A stretch of 64,000 nt of DNA from Tubiluchus corallicola (taxonomy: Eukaryota > Animalia > Priapulida). Location of the stretch: positions 124,001-188,000 of the forward strand of contig JAQGDQ010000236.1 of the NCBI GenBank assembly GCA_030141605.1. The letters are read 5' to 3'. The position numbers and the translations under genes were made by a program. The notes beneath the pieces are model-generated. The model was not told the origin of the DNA, ran no database searches, and saw only the letters and a program-made list of their open reading frames with translations. Numbering within the stretch: position 1 is the stretch's first letter; every line of letters starts with the position of its first letter. This document shows positions 14,101-27,603 of the stretch, in pieces.

Positions 14101-17100
14101 AATGATATTAATATGACTATGTAATCAATATAAACTAATGCAATGGTTAGAAGTGCTTAGTTAGAAATATAAATTTCTGTACAAGCTTAAATACTTGGAT
14201 ATTAACAGTTATATTTAAGTGCTGATTGCCATGAAAAAGCAGAAAAATGAGTTCATTTGTTGACAGGTTATAAATTGTAATATTATCAGGAATTAACAAA
14301 GTACAGAGTTTGCTTAGTAATATGTCTCGAGCCTGGTGATATAACGGTTCGTATTGTACTTTATTGTATGTGTGCCTAAATAAATAATATAATATATTAT
14401 ATATAGTAATTGTGATTTCTCACTTTTGATCTTTTGTCTCAACCTATTTATTCCTATAAATGGAATTATAAGGAGAGGACCTCGCAATGTAGAAGACATT
14501 GAAAGAGCAGTGACAGTATAAATAAACGGGATAAAAATAAATTTTTCATCTTTAGCACATTTTTTGATGCTGAAACATGTTTCATAGTCAAACTTTAAAA
14601 AAGCAAACGGCAAAACCACTGGCATAAAGTAACACATAGAAAACTGTGTTTCGGATAATCAAAATTTTTGCTGAAATCAAATTTTAAATATCTGCACTTC
14701 ATATTCATTATTCACTGCTTAATTCAAACACCTTTTTGTTGTAAATGTAGAACTAAGTGAAAATATAACTCATGATTATTTTGCACATTTAGTTTATTGC
14801 CATTCATGTAGAAAAAAAATGTTTATAGGTATTGGCGACTCAATAACAGGAGGTCTGTCTGGTGGTGAGAAAAAGCTTGCAAATATTGGAATTGAGTTGC
14901 TCACTAATCCAGAACTTATGTACATTGATGTAAGTTTTTTTGTTGAAAAGTTACGGTTGGTTTGTAAAGTACATGAATTTCTAGATTTAATTGCATTTTT
15001 TAATTAGATAAAGAAATGTTTTATTTTTCGTTTAGTACCAAAATTTCCTCGTACCAAAATTACCTGTACTAAATTTACTTGTACTAAACTTTCCTACATT
15101 CGTGTTGGCAACCATGGATTTTCCAGATTATAGACAGATAAATGAACAGAGAACAAACCACAATACCCATGCACAGTGACAGGATAATGCTAATTAGGAG
15201 ATTTAAAAAATTTGCATAGTCACTAGAAAAGTAGCCACGTCACACAGAATTTCCAAATGCAAATATTCTAAAACCAGATTTCTAAACTTTATTTTGCCCA
15301 GGTTTCAGCACTGCCCACTTCTAAAATTCTTCCAATTGTGAAATTTGATGAGGGTCGATCTAATACTTGTCAATAATAATCTGAAAAACACTTATAAAAT
15401 CAGCTTGTTTGCAGTGATCCACACAGTGTAAGCCATGCCCCGAGAAAAAAATGAAAATTTTACATGTTTCTGTAAAGTATCCCACCTAAATGAAAAATGG
15501 ATTTAGTACTTTCCAGCCTCTCCTAGTGTTTATTCCTCATTACACAACAAATAATAAGTAAGAAATACATTTCTCAAGTAACAAATAAGTGACATCAAGC
15601 AATCAAGCATAAAGCTTTTAATGCCAAGAAATTTCATGATCGTTGGCTGAGGGCAGTAATTGTGAATTATGCCGTATTTTACTTTTTCTAGGAGCCAACG
15701 ACAGGTTTGGATTCCAGCCATGCATATGACATGATGACCATGTTGAAAATGTACACGGGTAAAGAGCGTAAGACTGTGATAGTGACAATACATCAGCCTT
15801 CTAGTCAGATATTCCATATGTTTGACAGAGTGTTACTGCTTAGCGATGGGCAGGTTTGTTAATTTTACTTTTGATCATGCATGACCAGTAGGAAATCATA
15901 TAGTGTGTGAAGTTGGTTGTCTCAGTTTTTGATTAAACGGAACTGGATTTTGTAAGCAAGATTTGTTAAGCGTTTTTATTTAAAGCTGTTGGAGAAATTG
16001 TCACATGGAACTCTGACGTTACACGTGAGTCCCAGGTTTGAATACATGTATGTGCTTTTGTGTGCTCTGATAAACCATTCTGAACATTTTGTCTTTGCTC
16101 CCATGCTCTATTTTTTTCTGTGTCTTTGGCAGGCACCTGGAAGTCGTATCTTAGAAATTTTAGTTTACTCAGTTGTCTTAATCTACATTTTTTGTTGATC
16201 ATTGTCATATTTCTTCCTACATTGTTGTACTAACACTTTGTTTCAACATTACTCTAGGAATGAAAATAAAACCACTGTGCAGTATGAGCACCTTTTTTTC
16301 AAATAAAACTCAATGGCGTAGCTAATAGAGGAGAAGGGAACAGCTCCCCTCACCACATTTTTCAAAATTGTTGTCCTTTCAACAGTTGTTCTAACCATTT
16401 AGTTCACTTGTACGATAAAAGTCAAATCTTTTTTATTTTTTTAATCGCAAGGCCTTGAAAGAATTTTCTGGAGTCATTATGTTTATTCAACCAACCTTCC
16501 TCCCATGTTTCTGAAATGGGTGCATTTACGCAACTCTTTTGTCAAGGTTGACTGACTGAACCAAGGATCAAATTTTCCCATGTCTAATTATTATGATGTA
16601 TTCGTGTCACATCCTGATACTGTCTGTTGTGGCATAGGCAAACACAGTTGCTTCTTGTGTCACGGCGCCTTTTTATGTGCTTGCTCCCATTAACCATAGA
16701 ACCTGGCTACACCCCTGATGAAACTCTGGAATGTGTTGTTATGTTATATATAGATTGAACTTCTGTGCATAAGACATTCGTATTTTCCAATGTTTCTATA
16801 CATGGATGATTTATATCTTGTTTGGAAGAGCAGCTAATAATACTTTATATGTGTATTAATTCTTGTCTAGTGGTGTTATGTTTAGACAAGCACCATCACT
16901 CTTAATAAATCTGCTAGTAACAACATTCAACAGCTCACTGTGGATGGTTGTGGCGGAATGCCATTGTTAAAGATAGCCTTTCAGAATAGAATAGTCAACG
17001 GCCAGTGGTGTCTTAGTCCAATTCCGATGCATACCATCGTTTACATTTATTACATGTGCTGCTTCTGAATCTGCCCAAAAGCAGGTATCCTGAATCACGC

Positions 17101-20100
17101 ATCCATTGCTCGTCAGGCTTGGCATTGCTTAACTTCAGTCGCTAAGCATAGACAGTTATCACTTGCTTTACTCACATAACTTGATGCGTTGTATATGTTA
17201 CTTGCTTGTATAGCAGGGAATAAACATTTAGTGTAACAAGAATAATGCTTTTTTCGTCTAGGTGGGATATTTTGGAGAGACATGCAAAATTTTGAGTTTT
17301 TTCTCAGGGCTTGGGTTACACTGTGCACCTCACTACAATCCAGCTGATTTTATAAGTAAGTAAGTGATTTCCAGATTATTCTTAATAATTGTTAGATCAT
17401 CCCTCTTGTACTACAAACCACATGATTTTATTGTTGTTGTTGGCATCCTTCTGTCTCGGAAGACAATGGAGTGTGCGCCAAGAGAGTCAGTTATCTGTGG
17501 CTGAGCAGTGCTATCCTTGAACATCTCCAGGGCGCACGCCTGGGCAAGGTGTATGGAGATCCTGAGTTGCCCAGACAACAGGAACCACCTCTCTTCCTCC
17601 CTGGTGATGTCCAAAGGAAAGCGGAGCGATACGTTTGGCACCACGTTGGCTGCAGGAGCTGCCGGAATCAGGGAGCATGCTGTACTAGTCCGCCTTCGGG
17701 GCTCCACTCCTGATTTGGAAGGTTTGCTCCTCTACACATGGCCGTTGGGTCACTTGACCTCCTCCGCCTTCTAGCCGTTGGCTGCTTGTGCAACTCCTCC
17801 GCCTAGTGTCGAGATACAGTGTGGGCATCCTGCAAGCCTGCAGCGCCTGGTATTTCTAGGCGGTCACCCATCCAAGCACTAACATAGGCTCTACGTTGCT
17901 TAACTTCGGTGATCAGACGGGAACCGGTGTTTTCAACGTGATTTGGCCGTAGTTTACAAATCTGATTTTATAATATTGTAACAACTGCCTGTTATCGTAA
18001 TAACAGCATTGGTGCCGCCAGAGGTTAGCCAGCGGGATCCGGGGCGGAGCGCGGGCCACCAGTGCATTTTCCTGTATTTAAGCACAGTTTGAAGGCCCCA
18101 AATGAGATCTAAAATCTGGTACACAGATTTTCTCAAACGTGATAAATTCTGTTTTAATAAATATATTTTACCTACATTTACCTAGGTAATATATTCATTG
18201 TTTTCTATTGTACTGGTCATATACTTTAAACGCAAGTTTCTAATATACTGCAATGCGGATGACCCATTACTTAAGCTTAATTTATTTAGTTTCAAGATTA
18301 TCTATCCAGCAAAACGTGGATAATCAAACATAAAGCTGATTTGAGACTGTTGAGTTTACAGCCCACCCACTGTTCATACAAAATTTAATATGTTTCCGTG
18401 CATGCTAATTTCTCCCAAGTGACACAGCTAAATGTAATTTTTCTGCATTTTAGACAATTTTGCAGTTGCTAGAAGCTATTTCCTCGGGCAAATTCACTAG
18501 TTTAAAACGCGTTGTGAGACCTCAAACTCGTGACTCATAATTTGCCTGCTACCGTGAAAGGGGGGCCAGGCCCCTTGGGCCTCCCCCTAAATGCAGACAT
18601 GTAGTTACAATTAGTTAAAAACTGTCTACTAAGCAAATGAGTAGACAATCTACTAGACAATTGAGACGATACTGGACAGTGGCTAGACAAATGTAAGTGA
18701 TATACATGAACATAACTTCACTATGTAAATCAGCTGACTGCTCGGGGAATGCACAAACAAACAAGGGTTTGGTGTGTTTCTTGGTTTACTGCTAAAAAAC
18801 TTTATTCGCCCATAAAAAAAATTTCTTAAGAAATTGTATGGACGCAGGTGCATCAGTACGTCCACCTGCCGGCACCCATGAATAACAGCAGAGTAATATT
18901 ACTGCTGTCTTATGTATAGATTCTATGGACAACCTCAGTGTTTGCTTAAATAAATATATTTTAAGTCTTGCTTTAGAGAAATTTAGTTTTTTCATGCACA
19001 ACTTTCAAAATCAAAAAGCTTGAAGATTGAGGCGCATTTATGTTAATTGTTAAACTGAATTGTTTTTTGTTTGTTTCAGTGGAGGTTGTTGCATCTGACC
19101 AAGAAATGCATGAAAAAGTTGTTATTGGATACTTGGACTTGAAGTAAGCATAAAGTCTTTGTTTCTACTCTCTTCTTTTCTCAACATTTTAACGATGTTT
19201 CTTGTGATATGCCAAAAGCCTTTTTATATACAGTAAATCCTCGCTTAACGACTCCCCGTTTAGTGACGTTTCCTTTTAATGACGCTGACCTTTCAGACAC
19301 CTTTTTTCACTTAACGTCGCACGTTTCACTTTAATGCTGATTTTTTTGTTTTGCACAAGGCAAATTTTTGTTTTATCAATATAATTTTTACCTAATTTGT
19401 GCATTAAAACAGTACATATTGCATTATTCTGTTCTAAAAATGCACTCGTAACATAAACACAGTAATTATTACATATGTTTTTGCTTCCCGACTAACTACT
19501 AAGTGCTAGCGGGTGACATTCAGTGAGATCTGCTAGCAAACTTTATGTGTGCAACCCGTTGCTACAACAACCAGACTAAGTATCTAGATAAAATTCCCAT
19601 GGTTGCCCAGGCTTGGCTTTGGCTCTGCAGTATTTATTGTTCAACCGCTGCCTAGGCTTAAACGTTAACAAAAGAGAAACTGCTATAGCTAGGTAATGGA
19701 AAGTAAGATGTATATGTGGTTTCAAGAAAGTAGAAGGAAATTAATCAGTAGAAATATGAATTAAGCTCACAAAATGTTTAAGTTATATGATTTCACCAGC
19801 ATTGATTTTGCCTGTGAATCGTGAATCAATCCTTTTACATTATTTTCTATGAAAGTCTTGGCTTCATTTAACGACGCTTCACTTAACATCACGTTTTGCT
19901 GGAAGACATTAGCGACGTTATGTGAGGACTTACTGTATTTGCAATGGCTATTTATTTTGTATGGTAAAGACAAAGAGTCTTTAAAAATAGTGTGTTAGAA
20001 CTAATTTCTACTAAGTTGAAAATGAAATATTCAGTTATGTATTTAAACTGGATCACATACGAATAAAATGTGCTGTTACTGCTTATTGTTAGCTGACTGG

Positions 20101-23100
20101 AGCATGTGATTGTACGCTGACAAAAAAATGCATAAAATGTGTCAATGCAGACTAGGACTTGTGTGACTTTTTGTTAGTCATTCATCACACTTCAAACCAG
20201 AATGCAGCTTTCAGTGGCAGGACCTACTACAAACGTTGACTGATTGTGGCGGAACAGGATTGCAGTTCATTAACAAGGATATTCTTCTGAGTTGAGACAT
20301 TAAAGTGACAGGTTCAGATGTCTATACAGCCATGTTTGGCTGCATGTAAATTCTCGTTCATTTTGTAAATAGCCAGATGCAGTACGCCAAATGAAACCAC
20401 CTAATAGCAATTTTCCCATTGCTCATCAAGGCATATACTAGTTCCCATCACTGCTTAAGTTTTGCAGCCCATGACACACGGTAACCACTCATGTATACGT
20501 CTCATTGAAATGTTCCACAGTTGTAGAGGCAATATCTTAAAAATTCATCACCACTTCTGTTATTATTAATCTAATTTGTATTACGCAGGGAAACTCAGGA
20601 GGAATTCAAGGAAATGGATTATCAAAGATTTGACAGCGTTAGCTTGGCAATTAGCTACGACCAGCCTGAACTAGGAGATACTGAATCAGTACTGGATATG
20701 TATTATAATATGGATGATATACGCTTACAAATGGCTCATCGGTTTGACCTGTATAATAAGCGCAGATCAACTAGTAAGCTTTCAGATATTGTGCTTATTT
20801 ACTATGTTTTGCCTTGGTAGTTTTAAATTCAAAATATAGTAATGATGGCGAAATGCGACTTGTTTTCTCCCCCGTTCCCTACACTGTAATGGTTCCATCC
20901 GTTACGAAGCCATTGTATGGTGGCATCTACAAATATGCTGTGATGTAATGGTTGCAGTGGCCTAGCAGGTGCTTTTTCCATCTCAGTACCTATTCCACTA
21001 GCATGGTGGACACAAGACGAGCAATGTGGCTGTTTATATATAAATTTTGTTGTTTCTACATGTTTATCTAATAATTTTTTATATAATCACATTAACCATG
21101 CATATCAGTACCACCCAGTTTCATTACTGTATTAGCAAAATGGTCATATGTCACATGTATTGTAATGGCATAATCCTTGTAATCCTTATAAGAATTTGAC
21201 AAAGCCTGTTGACACAGGTGACACACCGTTTGAATATTCATTGTGTCAACTTACTGTCATGTTCAACCTAGTCATAAAGTTTTCTCATCTTTGAAATAAG
21301 AAAGCAGTTTATGATTCTAGAGGACACTCTATAATATTTTCAATGAATGTGTCTTGCGGTAAGAGATAATGCAGCTTTTCAGATGGGAAGCCTTTAGATT
21401 TTGCATGTTAACAAGATAATTGCCAGCAAATTGTGGTGTTATGGACCAAAAATGGAAGCTGGTTCAACAATTTAGACGTGATCTTTTAAAAGTGCATCAG
21501 TATTCTTATTTTTTTGTTCAGTTGTAGTAATTTATAAAAAAAACATTGTCAGTAGACAAATGTACATAGATTATGAATTGTAATTACAAGTTACCTCTAA
21601 TTACTGTATACCTGTAATAGTATTAGTAGTTACCTCATTAACTATCACTACAGTCAACCTCGGATATAAGGGACACCCTGGGACCGGAAAAAACCATCCC
21701 TTATATCCGATGTCCCTTATTGCCGAAGTTGAGTCAGACCGAGGGTGTATCTAGACCTGTACTTTTCTGTACTTTTACCCATATTTTTATGGATTATTGC
21801 TACACATTCAGTGCAAATGGTATGTAGGAAGGTTCTTCAGTGATGCGAGATGTATGTGACCGCGGAAACCGAGCTGTTCGAAGGCCAAGTTTGCAAAACA
21901 TGGAGGTTAAAAATTGATCAATTTCGCTTTGATCATAGGGTCTTTTATATGCGAGGTAATTTACCTGAGTTTCTTTTATGCAGGACCTGAAGATATCGTC
22001 CCTTATAACTGAAAGTCCCTTATATCCGAGCACCTTATATACGAAGATTTTTACATAGGAAAAACGTTACGAAAAATCAGGACCGGTGTTAGTGGTCCCT
22101 TATAAGCGAGTACCTTGTACCCGAGGTTGACGGTATAATAATCTGGCAACTATTGTCATCATCTTATTATGAACAGACAAAGTAATTTTATAATTTTCAT
22201 TGCAGATTTTTATTTTTTATTTAGTGATTGACACCAAGAGACAAAGTAAGCAGTTGCACAGTGTGAAAAAATTCTACGAGGATTATTATGACGAAAAATG
22301 GCCGACGTGTTTCTGGACTCAATATTCAGTGCTTACCAGACGAAACTTTTTACACGTATGTCTTGCAAATTACTTGTACTTAAGCTCCTTATTAATAACA
22401 GTGTTAGTGTTTAGTACACTTATGTAGTGCTTCCCTCATTTTAAAACGTCATTAACCTATCATGGCATTAACACTAATGGAGCGATCTAACGGAAGTGGA
22501 GCCAGACTTCAGCTATTTGATTTAGCCGTCATTAAAGATTTTAGCACTTTCATTTCTTGCAGATATTCTTTGGTATACTTTTAATTAAAATTACATTGTT
22601 GAGAATCTGAATTCACGTTACAAAAACGAACCGATGAAAATTGGATGATGAAGGTACATTTATTAGTTTAACTTGACGATAAGTGCTGTTTAATTATGCA
22701 AGCTATTATTGTTATGGCTATTATTATTATGAAGACATGACGAAAAATTTTTGTTGTTCATTTTTCCTTTCTCTCTCATTTTTTTATTCACCCGCTGTCT
22801 CCTTCTCTTTCATATCATATTCTTTTTCTGCTCTTAGCATGAATACCTAGAAGAGGTAGATGGTTTGACACAAGTTTTACTGTGAAGATTTTGGATTTTG
22901 TCACAGGCACAAGGAAAGATTCTTTCTAAATGGGCTGCCATTCAAGTTGTTGCAGTGGCTGTGATGGCTGGACTGGTTTGGTATCAAATTGAACGAAAAG
23001 AGGAAACACTGAAGGACAGGAAGGGAATAGTATGTCTTACAGCAATCTTTTGGCATTAAATTCCGTTTATTGTAGCTGTGTTTTATTAGGTATTTTTTAA

Positions 23101-25541
23101 ATAAAAGCACATTTTTAAATAAATAATAAACAAATAAACAAGCAAATGGTATAAAAAATATGGTTGATGCAACAGTTGTTCTGCATTAAACTGTGATTAA
23201 TATGTTTGTTTCTATCATTTCAGTTATTTTTCACTATAATATATTGGATGGTGAATCCGATGCTGGCAGCATTAACTGCTTGTAAGTACGACACATTTAT
23301 CCACTTGGTTAAATGTTAGATTCGTAGCACAGCCATACATATGTGCCTACCACATCTCTATTGTTTATTAACTGATATTTTGAGTATTAGAGCCAAAAGC
23401 TATTATTAATTAGATAAATCCCTGTAAGTATGACAATCAGCTTTATGAGGTCGTTCTGCTAATTTTTAGTTCCGGAAGACCGGGAAGTACTGAATAAGGA
23501 ACGATCTGCCGGTACATATCGTCTTTCAGCCTACTATTTAGCTAAACTGACCAGCGAGCTACCACTCACCATTGTCCTCCCTACACTGTTTCTAGTCATC
23601 ATCTTTCCCATGGTGGGATTGAATGGAGTACATGGATTTTTTGGCATGTGGATTTGCCTGATGTTGAATGCATTGGCAGCTGAGGTAAGTGGAAGTTTGA
23701 ACTACCCGTCACCGTTGTAGCATCACACAAACCATTTTAATCAGCGAATCAGTGAGTTGGACAAACAAGATGATAATAAGAGGAAAGTTATACAGAACTC
23801 TTGTGTAATGTCTTATTCTGCATGGCAATTATTAGTATCTAAATTAGGATTTCCGCGTGTATTCCCACCTAGGGATTTTCTCCTGATGTTCAAAACTCTA
23901 GTTTTATCACAAGGTTGACCCCTACAATGTACTTAAATGGAACAAGTCCCTATACTCAACAATCAGTGCCCAGCCAGGGTTTCTTGGAATGTTAAATTAG
24001 CAGACTGGTGTGATGAAAAACATCTAAAATAATGCCAGTGTTAAATATTAAAATTTATGATTGCATATATATAATGGGGCAAATGTACAGAGGGACATTT
24101 CGTAAGTTGCATCTTAAAACAAGACAAATAACTTGAATAACGTTCTCGTTGTCACCAGAGCCACCAACAAGAGTCAACAAGTAATAGCAGACATGGAGAA
24201 GAAAATTTATAGCTATAATTATATCTGTATCTTTTAAAAGATTTTAAATTCTTTTTCTAATTTTCTTAGTCTAACTAAAAAAATTAAAAAGTAACTATTT
24301 CAAAGTGTTTCATATGCTTTGCCCAAGTACAAGATGTAGCGTATGTATGTCAGTTTTGTGCCACACACTAGATGTTCACTGTATAGAACGTGCACTGACG
24401 CTGAACAACTGGCTGTTTGGTCTGTTTCAGGCATTTGGCTTGTTTGCTGGCGCTTATTTCCTCAACGAGTCACAGGGCATCACTATCTGTGTCACCATCA
24501 GCCTGTTCTACTTGATGATGGGTGGTTTTTATGCTGAACACGTACCCATCTGGCTGCTGTGGGGGCGCTACATATCACCGCCATTTTATTCGTTTGAGGC
24601 TTTCAATATTTTGGAATTCACAAATGCCAAACCCATTGAGTAAGTAAAGGTTGTACATCTCTATCTCATCGCGGTGAGTAAAATTTCAATATATTTACCC
24701 ATTACCTTCAATCAGCATTAAGCTAAATGATTTTTTATACATTTTGGCACATTGCAAGTCAATTTCCAGCATTTAATGGCAAGGCGATTTATTAAGTTGT
24801 GGCAAGACCGGAATCTAGTGATAATACTCTTGTATCAGATATTAAACTGACAGACATGTCTGTGATTTTGGGATACACAAGTGCCTTTTACAAGATAAGC
24901 AGTCAGAGACGGTAGATTAAATGAAATAGCCCTGAAACGATTTTCCTGATGGATACCTGCACATTTATCAACCAGGTATCTCATTGCTTAACTTTGGCTG
25001 CTAAGCACATACCACGATCATTCAGCAATTCTTCACTGAAGCAATAGTTAAATCTGCTATTAAAATTAATGAAACTGTAGCAATGCATCACCAGAAAATT
25101 TCTGCACAAAGCTGGAATTACTTGGAAACCAGTGACTATAACATGATGAAAACCCTAGATCTACCCTCTGATTGGCAATGCGCAAACATCTAGCGTAGTG
25201 CATTAGCTTTGTAGTCAAAATAATGGATGCAAAATATCATGGACACAAATTATTCTACTTTAATGTCTACTCTAAAAAAGTATAACGTTTAGTTTTACTA
25301 TAACTTTGAAATCTATTTTTTCAGATGTGCTGTAAAGAATTCTATATTTTTTGAATGTGTGAATGGCAGTGCTACACATATAGACTCTGACACAGTGCTA
25401 GAGACACTAGATACAAAGATTGAACTGGAATATAATATGATATTTCTCTTTGCTTACATGGTATTTTTCTATGTGTGTGCATATTTGATTCTCAGGTTTG
25501 CCAGAAAGCCAGAACAGTTGTTACATAAACATTCAAAGTGA
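11143..25541 (+). CDS. ABCG-family half transporter (NBD-TMD), ~649 aa
   Basis: Coding exons 11143-11254, 11943-12115, 13576-13681, 14829-14929, 15692-15853, 17262-17355, 19080-19143, 20589-20773, 22225-22355, 22907-23029, 23224-23281, 23470-23684, 24431-24639, 25325-25541 sum to 1950 nt in phase. Motifs: Walker A GPTGSGKTT, Q-loop VLQQD, signature LSGGEKK, Walker B/D-loop [12 protein letters not shown]-loop [27 protein letters not shown], followed by hydrophobic TM segments. Confidence 0.95.
12303..12730 (-). mobile_element. L2-clade LINE 3' end
   Basis: ORF2 C-terminus [27 protein letters not shown], then a 3' UTR TGTAAAGCCCAAGAGCATTT.. and a (TTA)n tail. Confidence 0.75.
15035..15098 (+). 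repeat. ~15-bp tandem repeat x4 (GTACYAAAWTTWCCT), probably a MITE subterminus
   Basis: gtaccaaaatttcctc gtaccaaaattacct gtactaaatttactt gtactaaactttccta. Confidence 0.6.
16311..16717. mobile_element. hAT-type MITE
   Basis: 8-bp TSD ataaaact/atgaaact. Termini CAATGGCGTAGC and (rc) CAGGGGTGTAGC. Confidence 0.7.
17431..17952 (-). mobile_element. 5S rRNA-derived SINE (SINE3) with RTE-LINE-derived body and tail, copy 1
   Basis: The reverse complement starts with a full-length 5S-like sequence (17952-17834: TACGGCCAAATCACGTTGAAAACACCGGTTCCCGTCTGATCACCGAAGTTAAGCAACG...GCTTGGATGGGTGACCGCCTAGAAATACCAGGCGCTGCAGGCTT). A ~400 bp body follows and ends CCATTGTCTTCCGAGACAGAAGGATGCC(AAC)n. Degenerate TSD tacaaa..tgattttat on both sides. 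Highly similar to 61971-62515. Confidence 0.9.
18783..19010 (-). mobile_element. CR1/L2-like LINE 3' remnant
   Basis: KARLKIYLF-like ORF2 end followed by a GC-rich stem and AATAAA. Confidence 0.45.
19231..19935 (+). mobile_element. Tc1/mariner-pogo (Tigger-like) MITE, family A
   Basis: TA|CAGTAAATCCTCGCTTAACG ... CGTTATGTGAGGACTTACTG|TA; no transposase ORF. Confidence 0.8.
21651..22133. mobile_element. Tc1/pogo-type MITE, family B
   Basis: TA|CAGTCAACCTCGG ... CCGAGGTTGACGG|TA with repeated subterminal CCTTATATCCGA motifs. Confidence 0.8.
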
Positions 25542-27024
25542 CATCATTGGTGTAAATTATCAGTGTTGTGGTTATTGAGTTTTGACTTCTGCAAGGTACT
25601 AAACTGGCTACAGTTAGTGTTGTGAAAGCTGCCATGACTTGATACTGCATATGCTTGTATGGCTGAGGTGCTAAGTCATGGTTATTATAGGAAAGACGTC
25701 AGACAGTTCAAGTTCTCTTACTCTTGGAGTTGCCAAATAGGGTTTGAACATTGTTCTATGTAAGAATCTGATGTATTGTGATTCTAATAAATGCTATGCA
25801 AGATTTGGAATTTCCTTTTCAACTTAATACCTTCACAATTTATTTTTTGTTCTAGAAACATCTCAATTAATACATTAATGCAGATACTGATGGAATGAAT
25901 GCATATATATTTATTGAAATTTTGACACCAAAAATAACGAAAGGAAGAAAATGCAAAAACAGTAGAGTTAACCCTGGATCAAGAATGGTTTAAAAGAAGC
26001 ACACGTTTATTATGCTTTTCATTCTTGTCATAAGATGTCACCACCTTAAGCAAAATGTACTATTACCAATGCTGATTACATTTCTAGCTCTGCCATCTGC
26101 TAAAATTACCATATAGATGTAATATAATTGTAACCAAGTAACATACTCACTGTATTTGAAATTATTATCAAACTAATAAGATAACATGTTTAATACCAAG
26201 ATCGCTAACCAGCCTAAGTGTCAATTACTCGTGCTAAAGTAATTACTATGCTAAGTGAATTATTAATCATTATTATAACGTTACACACTCATTAATTAAG
26301 GCAGGCTGCATGCAGCCTTGTACACTAGTCTTGTGCTTGCAACTTGGGATACCTCAAAAGAACTTTTGTATTTAACATGAAAAATACATCACAACATGCA
26401 TACAAGGAAAACAGCATGGACGGACCTATGTTGTACATGTACACTGTGTTTTGTACAAATTTATAAAATACCTAAATTCTTTAATGACTAGAAATGCTTA
26501 AAAATGCTATAAATTCCTTCTTATAATACGAATGAAAATTACGCTATATAAGTGTCACAGTACAAAATTTTTATTGATTACATTTTGAGTGTCCATTAAC
26601 CTCTAACGTCTGATGACAAACCAGTGAGGATCTTAAACTTTGACACCAAAATAATTTTCTGTAGATTCAAAATTTTATAGTGCAAGATTTATAAAGTGCA
26701 ATTTCCACATATTAATCAGTTTATCGTGTACCTAATAAAGATTACATATTAAATACATAAATAAATAAATATAAAAAATTTTGATTGAAATAGGGTAGTC
26801 CAGAAAAAACATACCCGAAATTAGCTCATTAGACATTTATCCTTGTAGAGTCATTTGTAAAAGTGTGCCTGATCTCTCTTCTTTCCAAAGAGAAAATTCC
26901 TTGTGACGCTTGGTAGAGCGTTGAAGAGAAATTTGTTGCTGTTTGGAAAGAGGAGAAACCCGTAGTTGTAAAAGAGATCTTTGATGTAGATCTCTTTTAC
27001 AAACACCTCTACCAGGACAAATGG

Positions 27025-27062
27025 CTAAGAGTTCATTTGAGCAGACATTTTTCTGGACGACC
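27025..27062 (-). CDS. Candidate alternative last exon of the folate-receptor-like gene (soluble C-terminus GSSRKMSAQMNS*)
   Basis: Consensus donor G|GTAAGT inside exon 4 (intron starts at 27686). A long pyrimidine tract plus TACAG acceptor ends at 27063. The phase-1 join is in frame and stops at 27027-27025. Confidence 0.5.
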
Positions 27063-27603
27063 CTGTACATGATGAAAACAAGACAAAACAATAAAATAAA
27101 TAAAGGTGAGAGTTTGTGATTAAAATTGTAAAACTGCATTGATTCTTTCATACACTTAAATAATGAATTAACATCTTTTATAGTACAACGCTCCACCATG
27201 ATCACTATACAGTCAACATAATACTGCATATAATATCACAAAAGATTTAAAGTATAAAAATTCTAAATGCATCACACTTCTATAATACTGCGAATTATAT
27301 AACATGCAATGAAAAAATCATAATCAGAATCACAACTGCGTCTGGAATTATTTCTCTAGGTGCGTTATGAAAGTTAAATAAATAGCATATGCAAGTAATG
27401 TCATGAGTATGATGTGATATATTTAAATAATGCATGTGAATAACATCATACCACAAACATTATCATTTGCTGTTTGTTAAACTTTTATAACTAGACCATG
27501 GTGTTCAAACATAAGCCTCCTCTGTTACATTTGTACAGCGACGGGCATAATACAGTATGTAACTTATTTCTCTATGAGCTTTCTCATAGGAACAGAATAA
27601 ATG

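Noticed and set aside
15035-15098. CRISPR-like array
   Set aside because: Contiguous tandem units without spacers, in a eukaryotic context with no cas genes.
17411-17774. ORFs 17411-17707, 17471-17713, 17508-17774 and their counterparts at 62215-62523 as a duplicated protein gene
   Set aside because: They are incidental frames in the GC-rich SINE body, and the copies differ by a frameshifting indel.
17834-17952. Functional 5S rRNA genes (also 61971-62088)
   Set aside because: They are dispersed, intronic, differ from each other, lack a T4 terminator and are fused to the same LINE-derived body, so they are SINE heads.
18020-18601. GC-rich-ended MITE next to SINE copy 1
   Set aside because: The termini are suggestive but no convincing TIR pair or TSD could be read.
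26837-27229. 130-aa minus-strand ORF as a separate gene or coding exon
   Set aside because: No recognisable motif. The phase from the upstream donor puts the spliced exon in a different frame with an early stop.
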